64,000 nucleotides of DNA from a virus (Duplodnaviria; Heunggongvirae; Uroviricota; Caudoviricetes). This document shows positions 19,888-31,102 of the stretch, one piece after another (the stretch's first letter is position 1; each line of letters begins with the position of its first letter). The DNA is taken from IMG/VR virus record IMGVR_UViG_3300003310_000099, positions 202,295 to 266,294 of that record; one strand, 5' to 3'. Position numbers and translations under genes: made by a program. Below the pieces are notes generated by a model. That model did not search any database. It was not told where the DNA came from and saw nothing but the letters and a program-made list of their open reading frames with translations.

Positions 19888-20589
19888 ATGGTAAAAGATG
19901 GGGATGTATTTGGTCGTTTAACCGTCCTTCATAAGACAGAAGAAAAGCTTCGCAAAAGGTTTTTATGGAAATGTAGGTGCGTATGTGGTACTGAGTTATT
20001 AGTTGTGCAGGATGCACTTAGGAAAATCGGTGGCACTCAATCCTGTGGGTGTTTATTAAGAGATAAGATTACTGAGCATGGAAGAGGATTGGTAGATATT
20101 AGTGGGCAAAGGTATGAACGACTATTGGTAGTGAAAAATTCTGGTTTAAGGAAATATAATCGTGTTCTTTGGGAATGTTTGTGCGATTGCGGCAAGGTTT
20201 GTTTTTTGTTAAAAACCTCTTTAGTTGGCAAATTAGTCAAGTCTTGCGGATGTTGGAAGGCAGACCTTGCAAGGCAAAGATGTAAAGAAAAACATCCCGC
20301 ATGGAAAGGGGGAATGGAGAAACAATGTAGGGACAGGAATTGCCAGGCTCTTAAAATTTGGCGTAAAAAAGTATATTATAGAGATAATTATACTTGCCAG
20401 GTTTGCGATAAGCGTGGTGGCAGGTTAAACGCACATCATTTAGAGTCTTTTGCGGATTATCCAGAGCTTAGGTTCATTGTCGAAAATGGAGCTACATTAT
20501 GCGTAGGTTGTCACCGTTTATTCCATAAAAAATACGGTAAAGAACACGTTAGAAAATGGCAGTTTTTGGAGTTTCAAAATGAGAAGTGA
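19888..20589 (+). CDS. HNH homing endonuclease
   Basis: Two GRLTV..WxCxCxCG..SCGC repeats; RDNYTCQVC..AHH..NGATLCVGCH. Confidence 0.85.
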   Translation: MVKDGDVFGRLTVLHKTEEKLRKRFLWKCRCVCGTELLVVQDALRKIGGTQSCGCLLRDKITEHGRGLVDISGQRYERLLVVKNSGLRKYNRVLWECLCDCGKVCFLLKTSLVGKLVKSCGCWKADLARQRCKEKHPAWKGGMEKQCRDRNCQALKIWRKKVYYRDNYTCQVCDKRGGRLNAHHLESFADYPELRFIVENGATLCVGCHRLFHKKYGKEHVRKWQFLEFQNEK

Positions 20590-21268
20590 TATGCACAGAG
20601 TAATTACGGAACGCCCGCGAGTTGGCGGGCGTATCAAGGCTCCCAAGGGCGAGAATAAGAAGAAGAATTGGGAGAAGAATAACGAAGCGGAGTCCAAGGG
20701 TGAGTCTATCCGCAAGAAGTGGAAGGCAACCTACGAGAATAAGCAATTCTCTGAAAAGCTTGGCCCGCTCTATCGTTACCTTCTCAGCAAGATCGGTTGC
20801 AAGTGGGACGAAGTTTATTCTGAAATCTGCGACGGATTAAGTCAGGATTCCGTAGTACAGAGCCATGTTCGTGACCATGTTTTCGATTTCGTAGCGGTGG
20901 ATTGCTACGAAGAGAATGGCGAGATTTATGAAGCGAACCATCCTGGTTCGCCAATGGACAGCTATAGCAAATATCATTCTCTTTATGTTCTGAATGGTAT
21001 CCTATGTAAGCTGCCACAACGTAAGCGTAAGAGTTGGCGTCAAGAGCAACCGAAGTTCCACGTCGGTACTCAGGTTTTGAAGTACCGTGGTATCTGGTAC
21101 GAAGTCGAATTGGTTGCCTTTGATGACCCTAACTCCAAGGTCAGTTTGAAGGATATGTTCCTTGGACAAGTGAGCGACCGTTGGAAGTTGCACAAGTTCT
21201 ACGGGAGCTATCTGCGCTGTGTCCGTAAGCGTTGCTTGAACAGCAAGGAAATTGAGAAATTAACATGA
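20579..21268 (+). CDS. conserved-looking hypothetical protein (MRSDMHRVITERPR)
   Basis: ORF with AAG-rich codon style like rIIA. Confidence 0.6.
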   Translation: MRSDMHRVITERPRVGGRIKAPKGENKKKNWEKNNEAESKGESIRKKWKATYENKQFSEKLGPLYRYLLSKIGCKWDEVYSEICDGLSQDSVVQSHVRDHVFDFVAVDCYEENGEIYEANHPGSPMDSYSKYHSLYVLNGILCKLPQRKRKSWRQEQPKFHVGTQVLKYRGIWYEVELVAFDDPNSKVSLKDMFLGQVSDRWKLHKFYGSYLRCVRKRCLNSKEIEKLT

Positions 21269-21682
21269 TTACTTTTGAAGGCATAGCTAGTGGCGACCAT
21301 GAATGCTTTTGCTGGGATGTTACCAGAGAGGTTTACAAAGAAATCACTGGTAGCTTTCCCAGCAAGTATGACAAGTCCACCTTTAACAAGGGTGGAAAGA
21401 AGCAGCTTTACAAATTGTACCCTGGTGCTATATTAGATAAGCTGGGGGTCGGTCCCAATGTCAAGTGTAAAGTCACCATTAGTGCCGAGAAGGTAGAAGG
21501 TTCATAGTGGGGTTCAAAAAGCACGCCACCTTAAAATGCCATACATGCAAGGCAAAAAAGGCATTGGGCGGCACGAAAAAGATGGGTAAGTTGGATGATG
21601 GAACTTGGCAAATGATTAAGATGCCAAAAGTGGGTTATGTTTGGCTGTGTCCAACTTGCAACAGGAGACGAAATGGGTAATT

Positions 21683-22219
21683 ATGGAAGGTCTGCAATAT
21701 AAACCCAATTATTTAGGTGATGAAGCTGAAAAGCTAATACTCAACAAAATAGACTCGCAAGATTGGTCTACGGAGTTGAATCGGCGTGTGCAGCATTATG
21801 GCTATAAATATGCCTATAAAGAAAGAAAAGTCACACCTGAAATGTATCTTGGGCCACTGCCGAAGTGGTTGCAGATGATGAGCAATCAGTTGCTCAAAGA
21901 TGGGTTGATGTTCAGGGTGGCGGATCAGGTAATTATAAATGAATATGAGCCAGGGCAGGGGATTGGTAAGCACGTTGATTGTGTGCCATGCTTTGACGAT
22001 TCAATAGTTTCAATTTCCCTTGGCTCGTCTTGCATGATGGAATTTCAGCATCTCAAGAGCAAAGAAAAGCATTTATTGTTCTTGGAGAGGCTTTCTGCTG
22101 TATCAATCTCTGGTGAAGCGCGGTATGATTGGTTCCATTCGATTCCGAAGCGTTTGAGCGACAATGGCATTCCAAGGAATCGAAGAGTGTCTTTGACGTT
22201 CCGCAACGTGGTGATTTGA
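21683..22219 (+). CDS. alkB: AlkB-family 2OG-Fe(II) dioxygenase
   Basis: RRVQHYG, NEYEPGQGIGKHVD, WFHSI, RRVSLTFR. Confidence 0.85.
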   Translation: MEGLQYKPNYLGDEAEKLILNKIDSQDWSTELNRRVQHYGYKYAYKERKVTPEMYLGPLPKWLQMMSNQLLKDGLMFRVADQVIINEYEPGQGIGKHVDCVPCFDDSIVSISLGSSCMMEFQHLKSKEKHLLFLERLSAVSISGEARYDWFHSIPKRLSDNGIPRNRRVSLTFRNVVI

Positions 22220-22443
22220 TGAAACCAATGACAAAGGCTGCTAGGAAACGTCACCTGGAAAGTGCTGGCACCTATGGTTGTCCGTACTGCAAAGCGGATA
22301 TGGAAGAATTTGATTACGAAGAACCAGAGCCTGTTGAGGATGGCTCCTTTCAGCAGAAAGTAAGTTGTTTAGTTTGTAAGCGTCGTTGGATGGATGTGTA
22401 CGTCTTGACTGATGTTTGTGAACTCTATTGAGAGTAATTCAAA

Positions 22444-22992
22444 ATGGCTAGAGTTAAACTCGAAGTCAATAAGGTCGAATTGCAAAAAGTGGTGACTGAT
22501 TTAGAAGCGAAGCAAGTCTTTGCTAATCCTAGTTACCTTTGGAAAGCAGTTGAAGGAACTGAGTGGGCCAAGAGTCAGAAGCCACGTCCTTTGACGGCTA
22601 GTGTTGCTTGCGCAAGGGCGAAGGAATTAGGAATTGTATCCAAAACTCCTCCAGGGAAGAAGGGTCGGGGTGGCAATCCTAATTTTGGCAAAGGCCCAAA
22701 AGGACCAAGAATCCCTCGTAGTGAGAAGTTCAAAGCATTCGACAAGACTTTTGAAATTATGGCAAAGGAAGTGCCACAGCAGTATCGTCATTTGATTGAT
22801 AAAATTCGGAAGGGCAGTATGAAGTCTGCCTTAAAATTGAAGTGTCTGGACTGTTCTGCATGGGATATCAAGGAAGTCAGGCAATGTGTTTGTACTGGCT
22901 GTTCTTTATTCCCATTCCGTCCAGGGGCTAATAAAAAGGTGGTGGCTGATGTACCTGAAAGCGAAGATGACGCGGGTGAAGGGGAAGAATGA
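22444..22992 (+). CDS. basic hypothetical protein with Cys cluster
   Basis: LKCLDC...EVRQCVCTGCSLFPFR. Confidence 0.55.
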   Translation: MARVKLEVNKVELQKVVTDLEAKQVFANPSYLWKAVEGTEWAKSQKPRPLTASVACARAKELGIVSKTPPGKKGRGGNPNFGKGPKGPRIPRSEKFKAFDKTFEIMAKEVPQQYRHLIDKIRKGSMKSALKLKCLDCSAWDIKEVRQCVCTGCSLFPFRPGANKKVVADVPESEDDAGEGEE

Positions 22993-25900
22993 TGTTCCCA
23001 CTGGTCTACACTATGCCATTTTAGTCTATAAGACTGAATCCGTTTATATTGAGGGTGATGAACGGAGTCGGACTAATCCAGGGCATGGCTACCCTGCTCG
23101 CACAGAGGTCTATGAAAGCTTTGAACATTATGTAACTCTTTATAAAGACGAATGGCTCAAGGCTATTGAAGAATTTGCCACGAATGAAGACACCAAGAAC
23201 AAATTCATTTGTTTTGAAGTGCCGAAGCTCTCATCCGTCAAGACAAAGGTAGTGGTGGACATTGACTAAGCGAGAGAAAAAATTAGAGCAAGTAATTGAA
23301 TCACTATTGCCGCTTGTCGCAAAGAAGTCTGGCACAGCAATAGTGTGCGGTCATTGTGGGATTATATTTCCGCCGCATGACAATGACTGTCCAGTTCGTT
23401 TAGCAGAAAATGCTTTGTATTTAGAGGATGATGATGATGAAAGTTGATAATGTAAAGCAATGTTGGAGTGGTGCAGTAAGTGGACGGGATGAAGTCACGT
23501 TCACCGCTACCAAGGCTGAAGCTGATGAATTGAGAAATGCTCTGGCTATTGTAGATAAATGGCAGAAGCAAGCTTTGAAGAAAGTACCATCGGCAAAGGG
23601 TGCTGACTGGACAATGGTAACTTATGCAGTTAAGACGGACAAGGTAATTGTGGGCGTTGAATCAGGAGCATGTGGTTAATGGCATTCTATGTACAAGCTG
23701 CTGGTAATCTCACTTATAAAGTCGAACATGCTCTCCAGAAGTTCTTTGGGGATAAGGCAGAAGTCCATTGGTATAATGGACAAGTGTTTGTTAAGGTTAA
23801 GGATAATGCTGGGTTCGTTGCCGAAGATCATCGCTTGACTGATGAAGAGATTAAACAAGGTGTATTTGGTGGTGGTCGTATTGATGGATTAGATGGTAAG
23901 ATGTTCTGTATTAAGGTAGAAGAAATCAAAGAATGGCCTTGGAGAAAATATGAATCTTGAGCAGAGAGAATGGGATAGGCTTAAAGATATATTGTTGCCT
24001 TTCCTCAAGACGGCGAAGGGTATCCCTGACAACTGGCCTAAACAGTGTAGTTTACTTTACGATACTAGGGTAAATAATAAAAATGAAGAATACGCATACA
24101 TTACTTATCATAGGGCTGGGATTGATGCTGGTCCGACGATTGGTGATTATGCCAAATTAGAAGAATGGTGTAAGGACTATGGTGTAGAAGATGCAAAGTA
24201 ATCATCATCCTGAAAAGACAACTTATCCTGCGAACAAAATGATTCCAGTTGAAGCATTGTCTCTTTATAAGAAATACCCTAGAGCAAAGAAACACATGAA
24301 GCGAGAACATACAAGAGCTTCACGTCGGTATCTAAAACATAATTTGAAAGATGAGCATGAAACATTCAATACATAAACGTGCTAAGTTTGGCTGTTTGCC
24401 TGGCGATGTTTCTAAATCAAGAAAGATTGCCATGTTAGAAGGTGAAAGCACATCGCTAGGTGCCAAAACCTATCGTAAAGATTTAAAAAAAAGCAAATCG
24501 TAAGTTCCGTCATACTGCCATTAAGGATGAAACAAATGGAAGAGTATAAAGAACCAGAATATGAGAAAGTTAATTGTCTGGTTTGCGATAAAGAATTAGA
24601 TTATGACCCAGGAAAGACGCATGATGGCAATGTCATGGATGGCGGCTTTATGCTTATAAGCTTCCATTATGGAAGTCGGCACGATCAATGCCTTGGTTTC
24701 TCTGGAAGAAAAGCACATAGGAAAGACGCTTCTCCTATGCACAAACTGCTTACTTGCGACGATCTTGAAGCATTCATTTGCGATGATTGTTTTGAGAAGA
24801 AATTCGATAAGGTGAAGGGTTATGATATTGAAGTTCGCACTAGGAGACACCGAACCAAGGTGGTGTAACCATGAGTAGTCATCAATTAAAAAATCTTCAA
24901 ACCCGACGTAATGAAGCCGAAGCTTTATGGATTAATGCCAAAGCTAAGGTGACTGATGCTCAACGTGATGTTGAGAAATATCGCAGTCAGATGAAAAGTC
25001 TTGATGACGAAATCAATAAAGTGCGGATTAACATTGTTGTAAGTGAACATGCCTATGTCCGATTCTTTGAACGTGTATTAGGGCATGACTTGGAAGAGAT
25101 TAAAGAACAAATTATCCCTCCTGATGTTATGTCCATGATCCAAAGTCTAGGGGATGGTTCCTATCCAGTGGGAACTACCCATAAGGTGAAGGTCAAAAAC
25201 AACACGATTGTTACCGTTCTCACCAAAGACGAGAAAGATTAATGAAACTCAGCAGATTAATGCCTGAACATGCCGTATCCCCCAAGCGACTTTCCCTCGT
25301 CCGACTCGATTGCTTTGTCCAATGGCTTAAAAAGAATAAGCCAGAAGTAATCAAAGAAGCAGGAAAGTCTCTTGGTATCAAGGAACTCCATCAGGCTTTT
25401 GACGATCTTGGAGTAGGTACGGAACTTTATCGCCCGTGAATAGATACTTTTGCCGTAAGTGCCTGAAAATAAACAACTTAGTGATTTTGGTGAATAGATA
25501 CATGAATAGATCAGACTGTCCAGACTTTGACGATGACAAGTATGAGGAAATTCTTACATGGGCTAAGGCGGAAGTAATCTATGATGATGTTTTTGTAAAT
25601 GGTAAGGGGGAGAGGTTTGTTCGTCCAGAGCGTGGTTACTGGACGTTGCATTGGGAACATGGATTTATTGGTTTTAATACTCTTGCCAAGCAAGATGAAA
25701 AAGTGGCACGCATGGCTGCTGCGATGTTTATTTATTTATGGTGTAATGGTATTATGGCATCTATCGCTGATTCATTAGCGATATTGTATGCGAGGGCTTA
25801 TGTACGATCAACCCAATACTCGGAAGCAACTCCAGAAAAAGCAAGCACAACTGCAAAAGCAGATGGCTGAGCTTGAAAAAGAATTAAAAGCCATTGATCC

Positions 25901-26100
25901 TGACCCGATCAAAGAAGTAGCTCACGCCATTCATAGAACAATGTGTCGTAAAAGGCATGACGACGATTGTTCTTTTTATTATGATAATTGGGATAACCCA
26001 AGTGGGGAACGCCAAAAGTTCGTTAAAAAAGCTATTGAAATGTTGAAGTGTGCAGATAAAAACAAGGTTTTGGACATTTTAGACATTTTAGGAGAATAAA

Positions 26101-26769
26101 ATGGAGTTAGAACCTGGACAGAAATGTGCCCGTTGCACTCGTCTTCTGGACGGCGGTTATACAACCATTTACAATGAAAAAATGGATGCTATTAAGGAGA
26201 TTATTTGTACTATTTGCAATACTGTTGAATACATGGATGATTACAAGAAGGATGGCATCATTACGACAAAGATTATGATGGAAGCGTCGATGGCTAAGTA
26301 TTATTTTGAGGAAACTGACCTTAGCCGTTTGCGTCCCGAATGTCGTGAATTCTTCATGCAGAATAAAGTGCCATTGCTCCAAATCGCCAATGATGTGGTA
26401 GAAATTCACAAGTTGGTGGATGAATTTGAAGATAAGCATTGGCTTCCATATATCAAAAAGTATTGGAATGATACGAATGAGCGTGGTCATATCGCTGATT
26501 CAAGGAATTGCACTATTATGATGTGGGGGTGTGCTGGGCGTGTACTCATTACTGCTGAGCAGCCTGGCAGTAGTATTACTATGATTTTCAGTGATTATGT
26601 TGCTACTGAGGAAGATATCAAGAAGTATGGTGATATGTTCAAGCAACGGGGTGGCATTCAAGGTATCACTGCCAAGAAGGAAGACGCTATCTTCATCATG
26701 AAGGAACTGAATAAGATGAAGAAAATTAAGTTCCATCCCAAGGAAAGTGTAACAATGGCGGGGTTATGA
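26101..26769 (+). CDS. hypothetical protein with N-terminal Zn finger
   Basis: CARC...CTIC; GGAG SD. Confidence 0.55.
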   Translation: MELEPGQKCARCTRLLDGGYTTIYNEKMDAIKEIICTICNTVEYMDDYKKDGIITTKIMMEASMAKYYFEETDLSRLRPECREFFMQNKVPLLQIANDVVEIHKLVDEFEDKHWLPYIKKYWNDTNERGHIADSRNCTIMMWGCAGRVLITAEQPGSSITMIFSDYVATEEDIKKYGDMFKQRGGIQGITAKKEDAIFIMKELNKMKKIKFHPKESVTMAGL

Positions 26770-27387
26770 TTCTAGATTTGCATATAGGCAATAAAACCGT
26801 GAAGATTACAAAAGATATGAAGCTGGCAATGGCTCGCTATTATCTCAAGCCTTGCGAAGATCATTTGCAGGCTGTTAAAAAGTTAGCTGAAAAGGCTGGA
26901 ATGACTTTCTCTGCATTGCCATCTGAAGGACAGTTTAGGTTTGAATTCTATGTCAAGCGGGTTGGGCATTTGAGTAATTGTGTTATCGAATGCAACGTGG
27001 ACAATTTTCTTGATGGTGGTTATAAGATGGTATTTGCACCATGTCTTTGTGGAGATGAATACTAATGGGGATGGACGCAAAAGCTAATGTGTTTTATGGT
27101 TATAAGCAAGATGTAATTTGTCAGGATGATGAAGGTGACTATCTTCCTATGCCTGATGGCATTAATATTGTCAGGCAATGCGATTCCCATTATATGGCAG
27201 TTAAGCAAACTAATCAAAGGTTTGATTGGGACTACGGTATCCAAGATTTGAAGCTAGATTCCATGCAGAATCCTAATTTGATTGCTTGGAAGGCATTGCT
27301 GAAACAGGGGTGCGATGCTTTGGGGCTGGAATTCAAGGAAGAATATTGCGGCTGGTTCGTAGTTTGCGATTATAGATAAAAATTTTG

Positions 27388-27415
27388 TGAACCTTTTTGC
27401 TGTTTCATTCGTCTA
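27388..27415 (+). promoter_or_regulatory. ECF-sigma-like promoter for hsp20
   Basis: TGAACC-N16-CGTCTA. Confidence 0.5.
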
Positions 27416-27420
27416 TTATT

Positions 27421-27507
27421 ATGGAAGTGATGCATCATTCCATGAGGATGCGCCGTAGTGCGGTCCTCGACCAAGTAAATTTTTTTTATTGGCAAAGGAG
27501 AATTTTT
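27421..27507 (+). promoter_or_regulatory. Structured 5' UTR, fourU-like RNA thermometer candidate
   Basis: Three hairpins; U8 tract (27480-27487) pairs with AAGGAGAA SD (27495-27502). Confidence 0.5.
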
Positions 27508-28014
27508 ATGAATCAGTTAGTAGCATCATCTCGTAATGGTTTGACCCCTCGTAGAGACGACATTTTTGCCCCATTTGAATCATTTTTTAATCAAGTTTTC
27601 GATGAAATGTGGGGCGATTTCAGTGGTCTTAAGTCCAATGCCCGTAAGGGTTTCCCTGTTTTAGACGTTATTGAAGACAATGGTAAGTACATAGTTGAGG
27701 CATGTGTTCCTGGTGCAAGCGGTGAGAATTTGTCTGTGGAGATAGAGCCAGCTAAGGAAACTGATGTAACGAAGACAGCCAGAATTTTGAGGATTTCTGG
27801 ACGTTTGGATCAGACCCATCAATATTCTGATAAGGCTCAGTATTACAAGAAGGAACTTCGTAGAAGCTCATTTGAGCGAGCGATGTATTTGCCAGATTAT
27901 GTTCAAGGAGAGCCAGAGGCTACTCTTAAAAATGGCATGTTGAAATTGGTATGGGACGTTCCAGAATTGAAGCCACCTGAAAAGAAAACAGTAGCCATTA
28001 AGTGTTTAGATTAA
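27508..28014 (+). CDS. Small heat shock protein (Hsp20/alpha-crystallin)
   Basis: FPVLDVIED, EACVPG, ELRRSSFERAMYLP, ATLKNGMLKL. Confidence 0.9.
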   Translation: MNQLVASSRNGLTPRRDDIFAPFESFFNQVFDEMWGDFSGLKSNARKGFPVLDVIEDNGKYIVEACVPGASGENLSVEIEPAKETDVTKTARILRISGRLDQTHQYSDKAQYYKKELRRSSFERAMYLPDYVQGEPEATLKNGMLKLVWDVPELKPPEKKTVAIKCLD

Positions 28015-28021
28015 ATCATTT

Positions 28022-28053
28022 GTAATGCCCCATAGCTTCCTATGGGGCATTAC
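28022..28053 (+). terminator. Terminator-like hairpin after hsp20
   Basis: GTAATGCCCCATAG-CTTC-CTATGGGGCATTAC 14-bp stem. Confidence 0.7.
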
Positions 28054-28212
28054 TATTATAAAGCATGTTAAAACTATTCCTTGCAGGTGCGGTTCTATTT
28101 TATATGTTTCTTTTTTGGCTATGTAGGCCAAAAAGGATTAAGGTTCCGTGTTGCCGCAGAATCTATCCCCAAATGAGTTGTACTAATGACGAATTGGATA
28201 GGGAAGTAAAAA

Positions 28213-28662
28213 TTGATAACAATATACACTGATGGTTCCGCTTGGCCTAATCCTGGTCCTGGCGGTTGGGCTGCTATTATCGACGGTAAAGAAATTTTTG
28301 GTTCCGAGAAACAGACTACGAATAACCGTATGGAAATTACGGCAGTCCTGCGTAGTCTTGAAACACTCCCACATGATTCAGACGTTAAAATATACTCAGA
28401 CAGTCAATATGTCGTCAATGGCATAGGGTCTTGGGTAGGTGGCAAACCATTCAAGGAAGGTTGGATGGTTGGTTGGCAAAAACGTGGTTGGACCCGTAGA
28501 GAAGGCGAATTGCAAAACGCTGATTTGTGGAAAGAAATTTATTCACTTGTAAAATTGTACAGTAGCGTTGAACTTAGATGGATTCGTGGTCATGACGACG
28601 ATGAATTAAATGAAAGATGTGATAAATTAGCATTAAAAGCGAGGATGAGTAATGGACAGTGA
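28213..28662 (+). CDS. rnhA: Ribonuclease HI
   Basis: IYTDGS..NPGPGGW, TTNNRMEI, SDSQYV, NADLW, WIRGH, NERCDKLA. Confidence 0.95.
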   Translation: MITIYTDGSAWPNPGPGGWAAIIDGKEIFGSEKQTTNNRMEITAVLRSLETLPHDSDVKIYSDSQYVVNGIGSWVGGKPFKEGWMVGWQKRGWTRREGELQNADLWKEIYSLVKLYSSVELRWIRGHDDDELNERCDKLALKARMSNGQ

Positions 28663-29338
28663 CATTAGATGGATTTTATGGAGAATCCAAAATCTTAAAG
28701 AGATGAATTCACCAAATCGTTTGCCAACCTATCGTAATATTTGGCAAGGCTGCTATGATGTGTGGCATTGTGAGCAAGATCGTATTGATTCTGTTGAAAT
28801 ACCAAAAGCCAAAATGAAGGCAGCAGAGGAAGGCGGCTTCATTAAAAGCGAGATAGTAAAGATGGGTAAATTCGATCAAGTAGTTTATTCACTAACCGAG
28901 TTAGGCGAGAAAACCTTGAGGGAAAACAATGAACAAGGAACTTGAGAAGCAGTTGCAAGAAAGATTTCCTAAGCAATTCAGGGATTTGTACGGGGATATG
29001 CGGGAAACCTGTATGCATTGGGGCTGTACAAATGGTAGCGGCTGGTACGGGATCATTGAGCAAGCTTGTTCTCAGATACAGGAAGAACTTGACGCACATC
29101 CTGAGCTAGATTTCAAGTGGTTGCAGATCAAGGAAAAATTTGGGCAATTGGTATTGAACGGAAGTGGTGGCAACGAAAGGATTTACGAGATAATCAAAAA
29201 ATTCCAGCAAAAGTCACTGGAAGTGTGCGAGATTTGCTCTACAGATGAAGGCAACATCACTACGAAGGGTTCATGGATCAGAACGCTTTGCGATAGTTGC
29301 AGGGCGACTAGGGCTAGGGAAGAATCCTAGTTGGTTAC

Positions 29339-29366
29339 TTTACAAACCGTGGATTTGTACTATCAT
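29339..29366 (+). promoter_or_regulatory. sigma70-like promoter
   Basis: TTTACA-N16-TATCAT then GAGGAG SD and ATG 29383. Confidence 0.6.
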
Positions 29367-29382
29367 CTTAGAGGAGACAGCA

Positions 29383-29721
29383 ATGCTACTCGCAAAAAAG
29401 AACGCACGGTACTATCTGACGGAGCAGCGAGACGAGTGTGAACGTTGGTTCAGGTGTGTCAAGAGTATGGAGACTTATTCGGAGGTAGTCTACATTACTC
29501 CGAGAATGGCCAAAGAGTTATTGGATACAAGGAAGACAAGAAGGAATCTGCGGGTAGTAGGGCCATCTGACTTAAAGCTGGCAGGGACGCATTATAATGT
29601 AGCAATTAGTTTTTCTGGTAATTTGATAGAAGGCCAGCAAATACTAGAAAACATAATTGAAACTAGAAAATCAACAGAAGTTTTAGTTACTTTCAATTTG
29701 TCCGATAGACTAATTTTTTAG
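29383..29721 (+). CDS. hypothetical protein
   Basis: SD GAGGAG; ITPRMAKELL motif. Confidence 0.55.
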   Translation: MLLAKKNARYYLTEQRDECERWFRCVKSMETYSEVVYITPRMAKELLDTRKTRRNLRVVGPSDLKLAGTHYNVAISFSGNLIEGQQILENIIETRKSTEVLVTFNLSDRLIF

Positions 29722-29732
29722 GAGAGATTACT

Positions 29733-30137
29733 GTGGAAACGAACGGCGAGCGTTTTGAGTGGAAGCCAGGATTCAGCCTTACGAAGTATGGAAGCATCTT
29801 TACTCTTAATTGCAATCAAGAGTTCGCTCAAAGGTTTAGGAATGTCCTGCGCGATTGTGGTGCTAATGAACCCACAATTAACAATTTGGCCGAGGATTTC
29901 AAATATTGTTTGGAATCCAATGAAGAGAGTGTGGACCCCGAATCGCATGATTTCATGCTGTCCAAGTTCGGGCATGTCTATCTGCTGACGTGCAAGCGGG
30001 AATTCATGCAAAGGCTCAATGCCGTTTTGCAGAATTTCTTGGTGACAAATCGTGTCTCGCCAGCGATTTTCTCTTTCTCCCAACAACTTGACGGCTATCT
30101 GCTGAACAAGTTCCAAAAAGCCCATACCGATTACTAA
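29733..30137 (+). CDS. hypothetical protein with internal duplication
   Basis: LTKYGSIFTLNCNQEFAQR / LSKFGHVYLLTCKREFMQR. Confidence 0.6.
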   Translation: METNGERFEWKPGFSLTKYGSIFTLNCNQEFAQRFRNVLRDCGANEPTINNLAEDFKYCLESNEESVDPESHDFMLSKFGHVYLLTCKREFMQRLNAVLQNFLVTNRVSPAIFSFSQQLDGYLLNKFQKAHTDY

Positions 30138-30144
30138 GAAGTTT

Positions 30145-30176
30145 ATGATAAGACCCCTGAAAAGGGGTCTTATCAT
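30145..30176 (+). terminator. Terminator-like hairpin with GAAA loop
   Basis: ATGATAAGACCCCT-GAAA-AGGGGTCTTATCAT. Confidence 0.7.
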
Positions 30177-30574
30177 TTAAGGAGCAATTTATGCCGAAGA
30201 AAGCTAAAGCTGAACCAAAGAAAATTGACGTGTTCAAACTCAATTATTATGTAACCAATAATGGTGATGGCTCAGCTAGTGTCCGTTTTTGTGAATCAAA
30301 AGAAAAAGCAGAAAAACTAGACGAAGAACAGGATGAAGGTTGGGGGGAGTCGTCTGCCAGCGATTTTGAACTCAAAATCGAAAATGGTGAAATTTATTGC
30401 CGTGCTTATGACCATGCCAAGCACAAGTATGATTGGCATAAACTAGAAAAGGGGACTCGAAATGAAGGCACATGAACTGACTCGCATGAAGACTTTCCCA
30501 AAGTTCCGCTTGAAAAATGGTAGGGTTGTGTGGGATAATGCGAATTAAAAGATGGTCATTTACTATGTTAAGTA

Positions 30575-31102
30575 ATGACCAAAAGTGAGAAAACAAAACT
30601 TCGACGTAAGACAAGAGCCGAAAATAATAAATGTGTTGTTTGTGGCACAGATTGGCGCGGAAGCAGTGTCACTTGTGAAAAATGTTTAGTTAAACTAAGA
30701 GAAAAAAACAAAATTAATAGAAGGAAGACAGTAGAAGAACGTAGACTTATTGAAGGTGTATGTGCTTATTGTGGGTCGGAATGGCAAGGTAAAACGATAA
30801 AATGCGAAAAATGTTTGCGGCAAGACACCAACCATTGTGCAAATAAGAAAAAAATTGTGTTTGAACATTACGGAAATAAGTGTGAATGTTGTGGCGAGAA
30901 CAACACCAAATTTTTAACTATAGATCATATTAACAATGATGGTAAGTTTTTTCGTAAAATTAAGCCTTACCATTATATTATAAAAAATAATTTTCCTAGT
31001 GACATAAGACTGTTGTGTTGGAATTGTAATTGCGGTCGGGCTAAGAATAATGGAGTTTGCCCACATAAGCAACAATCATTCCCTCCGTTCGTTTTCGTTT
31101 AA
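30575..31102 (+). CDS. HNH endonuclease
   Basis: YGNKCECCGE..FLTIDHINNDG..LLCWNCN; CxxC repeats. Confidence 0.8.
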   Translation: MTKSEKTKLRRKTRAENNKCVVCGTDWRGSSVTCEKCLVKLREKNKINRRKTVEERRLIEGVCAYCGSEWQGKTIKCEKCLRQDTNHCANKKKIVFEHYGNKCECCGENNTKFLTIDHINNDGKFFRKIKPYHYIIKNNFPSDIRLLCWNCNCGRAKNNGVCPHKQQSFPPFVFV

